Assembly: GCA_001797815.1 (NCBI GenBank)
Contig: MGQK01000130.1
Location: 22,213-76,055 of the forward strand
Length of the DNA: 53,843 nucleotides
From: Deltaproteobacteria bacterium RBG_13_61_14
GTDB lineage: Bacteria; RBG-13-61-14
Reading direction: 5' to 3'
The translations under genes were made by a program, and so were the position numbers. Position 1 is the stretch's first letter, and each line of letters opens with the position of its first letter. The notes under the pieces are model-generated. The model had not been told where the DNA came from. It did not search any database and saw only the letters and a list, made by a program, of their open reading frames with translations. Shown here piece after piece: positions 18,818 to 25,831 of the stretch.

Positions 18818-19450
18818 TTATCCTTTCGCGCTGCCGCGGTAAAAGATATCCAGAATCACCGGCTTCTTCTCCCGAAGCGTCCCCTTGGGCTCGGTTTCAA
18901 TCCATAAGAAAAGGAACGAGTTCATCACCCCCATGAAGCAAAGCGCCAACTCCTCCGGCTCATGGGCCTTAAAGGCGCCTTGCGCAATCCCCTGCTTGAA
19001 TACCTCCACCAGCTCGGCGATGAAACTCAAATACTTGGCCCGCACCACCTGAGCCAACTCCCCTTTCATCGGCCACTCGAAATGATCCTGGTGCATCGAA
19101 AAAATCTTGAAAAAGTCCCGGTTCGCCTCGAAATAATCAATCAGGCTGTCCACCACCGCTTCCAGCTTTTCCGCCGGGCCTTTCGCCTGGTCTTTCCGGA
19201 CGCGCACGTCCGCTTCGATCTTCTCGATCTCTTCCCGCAACAGGGTTAAGTAAAGCGCCTCTTTGCTCTTGAAAAAATTGTAAAGCGAACCGGTGCTGAA
19301 CTCCGCTTCTTTCGCGATCTCGCTCATAGTCGTGTTGTGGAAACCCTTGCCGGCAAAGAGGCGCATGGCCGCAGCCATGATCTCGTTCCTTCGCATCAGG
19401 AACTCTCGTTCTTTGCGGCTTATCTTCCCATTCTCTGAACTCTCGTTCAT
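18818..19450 (-). CDS. TetR/AcrR-family transcriptional regulator
   Basis: 210 aa. HTH region EIMAAAMRLFAGKGFHNTTMSEIAKEAEFSTGSLYNFFKSKEALY. First gene of the efflux operon. Confidence 0.9.
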   Translation of the reverse strand: MNESSENGKISRKEREFLMRRNEIMAAAMRLFAGKGFHNTTMSEIAKEAEFSTGSLYNFFKSKEALYLTLLREEIEKIEADVRVRKDQAKGPAEKLEAVVDSLIDYFEANRDFFKIFSMHQDHFEWPMKGELAQVVRAKYLSFIAELVEVFKQGIAQGAFKAHEPEELALCFMGVMNSFLFLWIETEPKGTLREKKPVILDIFYRGSAKG

Positions 19451-19481
19451 TTTTCAACTCCAAGATTCAAATAATGAGGCA

Positions 19482-19515
19482 AGCTTAAGCTAATCCAATC
19501 TCTGCCTTTTGTCAA
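19482..19515 (-). promoter_or_regulatory. candidate tetR-operon promoter with overlapping palindromic operator
   Basis: On the minus strand: TTGACA (19515-19510), 17-nt spacer, TAGCTT (19492-19487). The perfect 10-bp palindrome AGCTTAAGCT (19482-19491) overlaps the -10. Confidence 0.35.
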
Positions 19516-19746
19516 GTTTTTTCTCTCCTCGGAATTTTTCTGTCCAGGTTCAGATACATGGTAAACACTCTGCCTTCCTTCCTGGCGCGCCAGCGAGCGC
19601 GCCGTTCGGCTGAGCTCACGGCCGAAGCCCTAGGGTGGAGGCGCGCGCCGTCTGTCTTCGACCCTGAGGCTCAGACCGAAGGGAGCGCAAACACCCAAAG
19701 GCGCTTGACGCCTTCTTCTCTTGGCGTCTTCGCCCCCTACCGACCT

Positions 19747-19869
19747 CTTAGTGCTTCGATTCGCAAATACAATGACATATCATTTCTGCTTGCTCGATGA
19801 GTTTGCTCACTCAGCACTAAGTCCTGAGTAAATAAGTTCGTCATCGAACTTATGAATCGAAGGACTTAG
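19747..19869. mobile_element. MITE-like hairpin element, CTTAGTGC family (second locus)
   Basis: CTTAGTGCTTCGATTC (19747-19762) is inverted at 19854-19869 (14/16). It contains CGTCATCGAACTTATGAATCGAAGGACTTAG (19839-19869), the same core as at 12851 and 13038. Confidence 0.7.
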
Positions 19870-20047
19870 TCTTTTTCTTCTTCCTCTCATTCTGATCGAA
19901 GGTCACCTCACCCCAGGAAGCGATCTCGGGTTGACGTACTGTTAAGCCGGAAGATCCTAAATTGTGAATTGTCAGAACCTGACCCCTCTACTCTAGGCGG
20001 CCCCGCACTGTTATGATAAGCTGGACCGCGTCTAAGGAGGTGCAATC

Positions 20048-21364
20048 ATGAAAACCATCCGGACTCTCGCCAGCCTCGGATTGGCACTCACTTTGATCTT
20101 TGCCTTTACCGCCCGGGCCGAACTCCTGGCCGGCGCCGCCAAAGCCGACATCACCCCTAATGTCCAAGAGCATAAGATCCCTTCTTCCGGCTATGGCGCC
20201 CGCGGCCGCCAGCCCATGCAAGGCGTCCACGACCCGGTCATGGCCAAGGCCCTGGTCTTGAAAAGCGGCGACTTTAGCGTGGCCATCGTCACCCTCGACC
20301 TGATCGGCGTCTCCCGCGAGCTCCGCCGGGCCGTGCTCGAGCGGCTCCAAGGCGCCGGCATCAACGATCAAAACCTGCTCATCACCGCCTCGCACACCCA
20401 TTCCGGGCCCGGAGCTATGGAGAAGAATTTCATCGCCGGCCTGGTCTTTGGCGGCTACCAGAAGTGGCTGACCGAATGGACCGCGGATCAGATCGCCGGC
20501 GCGGTCAAAGAGGCCCAGTCCGGGCTAAAGCCCGCGAAGCTCAAGGCCGCTTCCGGCCTGGCGCCCGGCCTTACCAAGAACCGCCGCGACCCGGCCAAGT
20601 CTTACAACTACGACACCCGCCGCTTCAACAACGCCTACGACCCCAGGAACCCGGCAAACGTCACCGACGACGAGATCATCGTGCTCCGGGTGGACGATGC
20701 CTCGGACCAGCCTCTCGCTATCCTGGTCAGCTTTGCCACCCACGGCACCGTGCTCGGCGCCGATAACATGCTCATCTCCGCGGACTGGCCCGGCGCCATG
20801 CAGCGTGAACTTGAAGCCGCCTTCCCCGGAGCGGTCGTCCTCTACATGAACGGCGCCCAGGGCGACCAGGCCCCGGCCATGCCCGACAACCCCGACGACC
20901 TCGCCTGCATGGAAATCATCGGCAAGAACGTGGCCCAGGCCGCCCTGCCGCTCGCCCAAAACGCGCTCCCGATCCCGGCCGAGCCGGTCGCCGCGGTGCT
21001 GGTGCGCCGCGAGATTGACGTGCCGGTCCGGGCCATGGGCGTCCATATTCCCAAGCTCCTGTTCAAGCGCTGGTATCCCTCCATGCCGCTCGCCGGGGTG
21101 CGCGCCGGCGACGTGATCTTCCTGGCCGTGCCCCTGGAAATGATCTCCGAGATCGGGCTGACCATGAAACAGGGCGCCAAGGGCATCGGCTACCCGGTCC
21201 CCATCATCGCCGGCCTGGCCAACGGCCTCTTCCTCTACCTCACCACCCCCGACGAGTATGACGAAGGCGGCTACGAGGCCGGGAACACGGTTTACGGCAA
21301 GATTGAAGCGGGGCTGGTGATCGGGGAGGAGATGATGATCGCGCGGAAGCTCAGGAAGCAGTAG
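20048..21364 (+). CDS. neutral/alkaline ceramidase N-terminal-domain-like hydrolase, secreted
   Basis: Signal peptide MKTIRTLASLGLALTLIFAFTARA. AKADITP...GYGARG...GVHDPVMAKALVL...VTLDLIGV...LITASHTHSGPG is the neutral ceramidase N-domain pattern. Confidence 0.75.
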   Translation: MKTIRTLASLGLALTLIFAFTARAELLAGAAKADITPNVQEHKIPSSGYGARGRQPMQGVHDPVMAKALVLKSGDFSVAIVTLDLIGVSRELRRAVLERLQGAGINDQNLLITASHTHSGPGAMEKNFIAGLVFGGYQKWLTEWTADQIAGAVKEAQSGLKPAKLKAASGLAPGLTKNRRDPAKSYNYDTRRFNNAYDPRNPANVTDDEIIVLRVDDASDQPLAILVSFATHGTVLGADNMLISADWPGAMQRELEAAFPGAVVLYMNGAQGDQAPAMPDNPDDLACMEIIGKNVAQAALPLAQNALPIPAEPVAAVLVRREIDVPVRAMGVHIPKLLFKRWYPSMPLAGVRAGDVIFLAVPLEMISEIGLTMKQGAKGIGYPVPIIAGLANGLFLYLTTPDEYDEGGYEAGNTVYGKIEAGLVIGEEMMIARKLRKQ

Positions 21365-21396
21365 TCAGTAGCCAGCAGGCAGTGGTGTGGTGTATG
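21362..21396. repeat. degenerate heptamer run starting on the ceramidase stop codon
   Basis: TAGTCAG TAGCCAG CAGGCAG TGGTGTG GTGTATG. Confidence 0.5.
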
Positions 21397-21407
21397 GGGT
21401 CAGAGCT

Positions 21408-21435
21408 AGCGGTTGCGGGTGTGGGCACCCGCACC
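21408..21435. repeat. REP (left flank of RAYT-1)
   Basis: AGCGGTTGCGGGTGTGGGCACCCGCACC. Hairpin GCGGGTG-TGGG-CACCCGC. An inverted copy lies at 21958-21982. Confidence 0.85.
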
Positions 21436-21460
21436 ACTCGGGAGATGAGGGAGATGGGCA

Positions 21461-21952
21461 ATGAAGCGGGTTGGACCAACGCTGGGGCATCGGCGGCGGG
21501 AGCGTTTGCCGCACTGGGAGAAGGGCGGGTCCACCTATTTTCTGACGTTTTCGGCTCGACGCGGGGAGCATTTCGACGCTCAGGAACGCGCGATCATTTT
21601 GGCCAGTTGCCGTTTTGGGCATCCGGAGAGATGGGTTTTACATGCGGTGGCGGTGATGCCGGATCATGTGCATATGCTGCTAACGCCGCAACGGCCTGCG
21701 CCAAACGCGCCGCAATGGTTTTCGCTGGCTGAGATCGTAAAAGGTATCAAGAGCGTTACGGCTCGAAAGATCGGCCGGCATCGCGGAGGAACCGGCGGTT
21801 CGATTTGGCAGGAAGAATATTACGATCATCTGATTCGGGATCCCGAAGATTTCGCGGCCGAGCTCAACTATCTGCTCCAAAATCCGGTCAAACAAGGACT
21901 GGCGCTAAAGCCCCCCGATTGGGACGGGCTTTGGGTCGGGAAACTTTCTTGA
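21461..21952 (+). CDS. REP-associated tyrosine transposase (RAYT, IS200/IS605 Y1 HUH family), copy 1
   Basis: 163 aa. HUH motif in MPDHVHMLL. Catalytic-Tyr region LNYLLQNPVKQGL. Flanked by inverted REPs. Confidence 0.85.
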   Translation: MKRVGPTLGHRRRERLPHWEKGGSTYFLTFSARRGEHFDAQERAIILASCRFGHPERWVLHAVAVMPDHVHMLLTPQRPAPNAPQWFSLAEIVKGIKSVTARKIGRHRGGTGGSIWQEEYYDHLIRDPEDFAAELNYLLQNPVKQGLALKPPDWDGLWVGKLS

Positions 21953-21957
21953 GTGAT

Positions 21958-21982
21958 GCGGGTGCCTACACCCGCAACCGCT
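21958..21982. repeat. REP (right flank of RAYT-1, inverted)
   Basis: GCGGGTGCCTACACCCGCAACCGCT is the reverse complement of the left REP with one loop change. Confidence 0.85.
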
Positions 21983-22070
21983 GAATTCTCTTGCTCCCTT
22001 CCCTCCGCGTTTATCTGCGTCCATCTGCGGATGATCTCCTTCTTACTGCCTCAAGCCTCTTGCGGAGAAT

Positions 22071-22105
22071 AGTGAACAGTGCACGGTGCACAGTGTTTGT
22101 AGTAG
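22071..22105. repeat. heptamer run AGTGCAC-type
   Basis: AGTGAAC AGTGCAC GGTGCAC AGTGTTT GTAGTAG. Confidence 0.6.
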
Positions 22106-22124
22106 AGATCCCCAGGCGGAAAAC

Positions 22125-22216
22125 ACGGGGTGGTTGCTGCGCAGAATGGGGTGGCTGCTGCGCAGGATGGGGTGGCTGTTGCGTAATATGGGGTGGTTGG
22201 CGCGCAGAATGGGGGG
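22125..22216. repeat. 21-nt tandem repeat x4.4 (iteron-like)
   Basis: ACGGGGTGGTTGCTGCGCAGA / ATGGGGTGGCTGCTGCGCAGG / ATGGGGTGGCTGTTGCGTAAT / ATGGGGTGGTTGGCGCGCAGA / ATGGGGGG. Units 1-2 contain the palindrome CTGCGCAG. No spacers. Confidence 0.9.
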
Positions 22217-22234
22217 ACGTTTGAAGAGGGTATA

Positions 22235-22258
22235 TCGTATGTCGTATGTAGTATGTCG
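22235..22258. repeat. heptamer array TCGTATG x3.4 (same sequence family as 1-10 / 441-471)
   Basis: TCGTATG TCGTATG TAGTATG TCG. A 20-nt stretch is shared with the reverse complement of 441-471. Confidence 0.85.
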
Positions 22259-22568
22259 GGAAAGAGAAGAAGAAGAAACCAAGAGAAATTTCGCCAGGTT
22301 AAGTTGGTTTCAGGGTAGTCGGAGAGGAGGATCGGAGGATTCGGGAAGGCAGGTGCCAAGCGCGCCCCGGCGGCTTGGGTGCATTGAGACAAAAAGGCCT
22401 TGATAAATCGCCGGGTTAGCATCTCGAACAATCGTTATATTTTATCCCCCATCTTTCACCCTTCATCTCTCTCTATATATGTAAGTTTGGTGCAGTTTTT
22501 AACGGGCCCCACCCTTTGCGGACAAAGGGAGGGCTACAAGGACGACGGGCCGGTGGGCAGTAAAAAGA

Positions 22569-22646
22569 ATTTAGATTTTGTAGATTTTGGATTGGCAGAA
22601 TTTTCGCAAGTCCGAAATCCCCAATCCGAAATCCAAAATCTAAAAT
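22569..22646. repeat. inverted heptamer arrays (ATTTTGG / CCAAAAT type)
   Basis: The left arm ATTTAGATTTTGTAGATTTTGGATTGG (22569-22595) is inverted in CCGAAAT CCCCAAT CCGAAAT CCAAAAT CTAAAAT (22612-22646). 16-nt spacer. Lies 60 nt upstream of the carboxyltransferase gene. Confidence 0.85.
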
Positions 22647-22708
22647 GATGCGGTCTAGCCTCTGATTTCCATTCCAAATCTTTGGCACTTTGGGTATAAT
22701 GAGGGACC

Positions 22709-24256
22709 ATGGAAGACGAGATCAAGAAGTATCGGGAAAAGAAGGCTGAGGCCGAGCAGGGCGGGGGCGAGGCGCGGATCGAGGCGCAACACAAGAAGGG
22801 CAAGCTGACCGCGCGGGAGCGGATCACAGCGCTTTTGGACCCGGACAGCTTTTTCGAGCTTAACCTTTTCGCCGAGTCCTCCTCCCAGAACTTCGACATG
22901 CCCGAGAAAAAAGGCCCGGGCGACGGCGTCATCGCCGGCTGGGGCAAGATCGCCGGCCGGGAGGTCTGCCTCTACGCGCAGGACGCGACCGTGCTCGGCG
23001 GCTCGATCGGCCCGGTTCACGGCCGCAAGATGTTTGCCGCGGCCGAGCTGGCGCGGAAACGGGGCGTGCCGCTGATCGGGCTCCTCGACTCGGGCGGGCT
23101 CCGCATCCAGGAGGCCCAGGCCGGCCCGCACGGCGGAGAGGCCATCTTCCTGGCCAACACCCTGGCCTCGGGCATCGTGCCCCAGATCGCGGTCATCCTC
23201 GGACCCTGCGCCGGGGTGGCGGTCTATTCGCCGGCGCTGATGGACTTTGTGATCATGGCCGAGGGCATCGGGAACATGTTCATCACCGGGCCCAAGGTGA
23301 TTGAGGAAGTGACCGGGGAGGCGATTGCGCTGGAGGCCCTGGGCGGGGCCGGCGTGCACTGCACCCGGACCGGGGTGGCGGATCTGCGGGGCGCAAGCGA
23401 GCAGGAGTGCTTTGCCCTGGTGCGCGAGCTGTTGAGCTACCTGCCCCAGAACCACCTGGAGGCGCCGCCCCTGGTGGACCTGGGCGATGACCCGGCCCGC
23501 CGGACCGACAGCCTGGCCGACCTGGTCCCGCTCGATCCCCGCCAGCCCTACGACGTCCGCCAGGTGATCCAGGGCCTGGCGGATTCTGGCCGCTACTTTG
23601 AGATCAAGCCCGAGTTCGCAGCCGAGGCCAGCGTCGGTTTTATCCGCCTGGCCGGACGGACGGTGGGAGTGATCGCCAACAACCCGATGCACCTGGCGGG
23701 ATCACTCACGGTGGACGCTTCGGATAAGTGCGCGCGCCACATCCGCTTCTGCGACTGCTTCAATCTCCCGCTGCTTTACCTGATGGACGTGCCCGGGTAT
23801 TTTCCGGGCGTGCTGCAGGAGCACTCGGGCATTATCCGCCACGGGGCCAAGATGCTCTATGCGTTTTGCGAGGCGAGTGTGCCCAAGGTCACGCTGATCT
23901 TGCGCAAGGGCTACGGCGGCGGGATTTTGGCCATGGGCGGGTCGAAGGCCATGGGCGCGGATTTGATCCTGGCCGGGCCGGCCGCGGAGATGGGAGTGGT
24001 CGGGGCCGAGGCCGCGGTGAACGTGCTCTTTCACCAGGAGCTCGAAAAGGCCGAGGACCCGGACCGGGCCCGGGCGGAGAAAGTGCAAGAGTTCCGCGAA
24101 AAGTTCGCCAACCCTTACTATTCGGCCCGGACCGGCGCCATTGACGACGTGGTGGAGCCGGGGGAGACCCGCCTCCGCCTTATTCAAGCCTTTGCCTTCT
24201 TCAGCGGCAAACACGAACTCCGTCCCCGCAAGAAGCATGGCAATATCCCGTTGTAG
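22709..24256 (+). CDS. acyl-CoA carboxylase carboxyltransferase (beta) subunit (propionyl-/methylmalonyl-CoA type)
   Basis: 515 aa. GKLTARERITALLDPDSFFEL, GDGVIAGWGKIAGREV, GGSIG, and PLLYLMDVPGYFPG...HGAKMLYA, typical of the carboxyl_trans family. Confidence 0.93.
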   Translation: MEDEIKKYREKKAEAEQGGGEARIEAQHKKGKLTARERITALLDPDSFFELNLFAESSSQNFDMPEKKGPGDGVIAGWGKIAGREVCLYAQDATVLGGSIGPVHGRKMFAAAELARKRGVPLIGLLDSGGLRIQEAQAGPHGGEAIFLANTLASGIVPQIAVILGPCAGVAVYSPALMDFVIMAEGIGNMFITGPKVIEEVTGEAIALEALGGAGVHCTRTGVADLRGASEQECFALVRELLSYLPQNHLEAPPLVDLGDDPARRTDSLADLVPLDPRQPYDVRQVIQGLADSGRYFEIKPEFAAEASVGFIRLAGRTVGVIANNPMHLAGSLTVDASDKCARHIRFCDCFNLPLLYLMDVPGYFPGVLQEHSGIIRHGAKMLYAFCEASVPKVTLILRKGYGGGILAMGGSKAMGADLILAGPAAEMGVVGAEAAVNVLFHQELEKAEDPDRARAEKVQEFREKFANPYYSARTGAIDDVVEPGETRLRLIQAFAFFSGKHELRPRKKHGNIPL

Positions 24257-24346
24257 CCGCGGTCGACCAAAATCATCAAAAAAATCATCCGAGCCGTTTC
24301 CTCACCGCCGGCGGGCCCCGCGCAACCGGGAATGCCATCACATTTC

Positions 24347-24354
24347 TGTATAAT
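24347..24354 (+). promoter_or_regulatory. extended -10 promoter element TGTATAAT
   Basis: Perfect TGnTATAAT. No good -35. It sits 5 nt upstream of the candidate structured RNA. Confidence 0.35.
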
Positions 24355-24358
24355 CGGC

Positions 24359-24575
24359 GGCAGCGCATTCCCGGGCGCGGCCTCGGGCTTTGACCGGAGC
24401 CGAGGGAAAAGTCCGAGGCTTCCCTCCGCGCCTGCCGGGGAAAGACGGCCATTCGCTTTGGGCCGGAAAATTGCTTTTACTTTAGAAGGGATCTCCTGGC
24501 TAATGGAAACTGGGACCTGCTGGCCGGTCCAGGCCGGCAGAAGAGAGAAACGGCACATGCGTTGAATAGGCTGCC
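24359..24575 (+). ncRNA. candidate structured RNA (unclassified)
   Basis: GC-rich, non-coding, ~217 nt. The ends can pair: GGCAGCGCATTC (24359-24370) with GAATAGGCTGCC (24564-24575), 10/12. Internal helices: 24374-24380/24426-24432 (GGCGCGG/CCGCGCC), 24381-24386/24400-24405 (CCTCGG/CCGAGG), and 24517-24540 (9-bp hairpin). No family recognised. Confidence 0.25.
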
Positions 24576-24582
24576 AATAGGA

Positions 24583-25118
24583 ATAACATCCGTTTTTATG
24601 AATTAACATGGCAACTTTCTTACATTTATTCGATAAATGGCCCTATTGAATTTTTTGCAAACTCGAACATGGAATTTTTTCAGAATGATCGGTTTTTCAA
24701 TAAGTTAGAATTTACCATCACTAATCAAATATTTGAACAAATGATGACTTTATTTCATTGGGAATCAATCTTCCAAAATGGGAAAAAACAGATATAACAA
24801 TAATGTTTTCAAATAGTTGGGTTTAATCATGATATATAATTATAAAAAATGAATAGGGATTCATCAACTGAACGATTAGTAAGAATTCTGTGGTTGCAAA
24901 TCAAAATCTAAATACTTTAATTGTTTATAACTAGCTGAAATTAAATGATTACAATTCGCGAGCGGACATTTTTTTCAGGATTTTTAAAAGGAGCTTGCTT
25001 GTTGGGTTCATCGTTTATCATTTGTAATATATTGTTTTTTAACATAAATTTGCCGATGCTGGATAATCATGCATACTTGGCACCTAAGATGCATGACTTG
25101 GGTGTCAGAGAGGAAAAA
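24583..25118. other. AT-rich island (roughly 25-30% GC by eye) upstream of the pil operon
   Basis: Abrupt compositional switch after 24575. No credible ORF. Contains the palindrome TGAAT-AGGG-ATTCA (24850-24863) and many A/T tracts. Confidence 0.85.
25078..25093 (+). promoter_or_regulatory. sigma54-type -24/-12 promoter candidate for pilV operon
   Basis: TGGCAC-CTAAG-ATGCA (consensus TGGCAC-N5-TTGCA), with the GC dinucleotide 27 nt before ATG 25119. It is flanked by an 8-bp inverted repeat: TCATGCAT (25067-25074) / ATGCATGA (25089-25096). Confidence 0.5.
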
Positions 25119-25814
25119 ATGTCAGGGAAAAGGACAAATCGCTTGGCTGGTCAAGGGCATGAACCAAGGGGTTTTACCCTGATTGAAGTGCTGGTGGCCT
25201 TGTTCGTTCTGGCGGTTGGCCTGCTCGCGTTAATCCAGCTTCAAGTGGCGGCGATTAATGGCCTTGCTTATAGCCGGCATTTTTCGGTGGCCACCCAGTT
25301 AGCCGAGGGGCAGATGGAAAAACTCATGTCCTATCCCTTTCCGGAAACGGAAACAAACAATATCATTTATTACCCCAAAGACGAATTAGGCAATAACATT
25401 GAGGCCCAGACCTCTTCCGAGACGAAGGCGTCTCCATTTTTTGACGGATTAGGCGCCCCCGACTCCTTGGGGATGATGCCTGGTGATGGCGACGCCACCC
25501 GCCTTTGGCTTCTCGGTCCAGTTAATGAACAAGGCCAACCCGCCCGGGTCGGAGAGCCGGCTTATCTGGTGACCTGGACCGTGGAGCGGGGCGGCTCGAA
25601 GGGCACGACTCCGCTTTCCGGCAAGGATTACGGCTTTCCCGGCCCATACCAAATTCGTTTTGTGGTGAGCGTGCTTTGGTTTGAAAAGGGAGATAAGAAA
25701 AACGCCTGGACTCCTATCCTCAATTTTGTTTTTGGGGGCGGGAATGACAATCTCGACTGGAGAAAACGGGCCACCATCTCAGGGGTCCGGGAAGTGCAGG
25801 CCCAGGAACGATAA
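25119..25814 (+). CDS. pilV: type IV pilus minor pilin PilV-like
   Basis: Prepilin leader MSGKRTNRLAGQGHEPRG|FTLIEVLVALFVLAVGLLALIQLQ. RBS GAGAGGA. The annotated ORF start at 24945 lies in AT-rich non-coding DNA. Confidence 0.8.
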   Translation: MSGKRTNRLAGQGHEPRGFTLIEVLVALFVLAVGLLALIQLQVAAINGLAYSRHFSVATQLAEGQMEKLMSYPFPETETNNIIYYPKDELGNNIEAQTSSETKASPFFDGLGAPDSLGMMPGDGDATRLWLLGPVNEQGQPARVGEPAYLVTWTVERGGSKGTTPLSGKDYGFPGPYQIRFVVSVLWFEKGDKKNAWTPILNFVFGGGNDNLDWRKRATISGVREVQAQER

Positions 25815-25831
25815 GAGGCGGTTGGAGAGCG

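Noticed and set aside
19558-19800. 80-aa ORF in the tetR/ceramidase intergenic region.
   Set aside because: The region is a chain of GC hairpins (GGCGCGC-N6-GCGCGCC, CTTCG..CTGAG-G-CTCAG..CGAAG, GACGCC-N10-GGCGTC) and repeat DNA. The peptide is Arg/Ala/Ser-rich with no start context.
22051-22431. 126-aa and 105-aa ORFs across 22043-22431.
   Set aside because: They are generated by the 21-nt and 7-nt tandem repeats (GWLLRRM x4, HTTYDI). They have no RBS and overlap each other on both strands.
22694-22699. Perfect TATAAT 10 nt before the carboxyltransferase ATG, as a promoter.
   Set aside because: A transcript starting ~7 nt downstream would lack the GAGGGA ribosome-binding site. The best -35 at 17-nt spacing is only TTCCAA.
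24402-24418. RNase P RNA: GAGGGAAAAGTCCGAGG resembles the conserved GAGGAAAGUCCGGGC. In addition, GCAGAAGAGAGAAACGGC and ATAGGCTGCC vaguely resemble other M1 RNA segments in the right order.
   Set aside because: The candidate RNA is only ~217 nt. The GAAAGUCC-like stretch is followed by a local hairpin rather than P4 geometry. I find no ACAGAAnCCGGCUUA 3' element or GGUAAGAGCGCACC-type region. The resemblance is kept only as a note for a cmscan test.
24723-24735. IHF-like site AATCAAATATTTG (WATCAANNNNTTR).
   Set aside because: It is ~350 nt from the sigma54-type promoter and sits in DNA so AT-rich that chance matches are expected.
24669-24797. 42-codon ORF (MEFFQNDRFFNKLEFTITNQ...) inside the AT-rich island.
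   Set aside because: No Shine-Dalgarno sequence. Its composition simply mirrors AT-rich DNA, and I recognised no similarity. It cannot be supported from sequence alone.
24945-25118. N-terminal 58 codons of ORF 24945-25814 (MITIRERTFFSGFLKG...).
   Set aside because: They lie in the AT-rich island and carry no RBS. The prepilin leader with G|FTLIE starts at ATG 25119, which has a GAGAGGA RBS.
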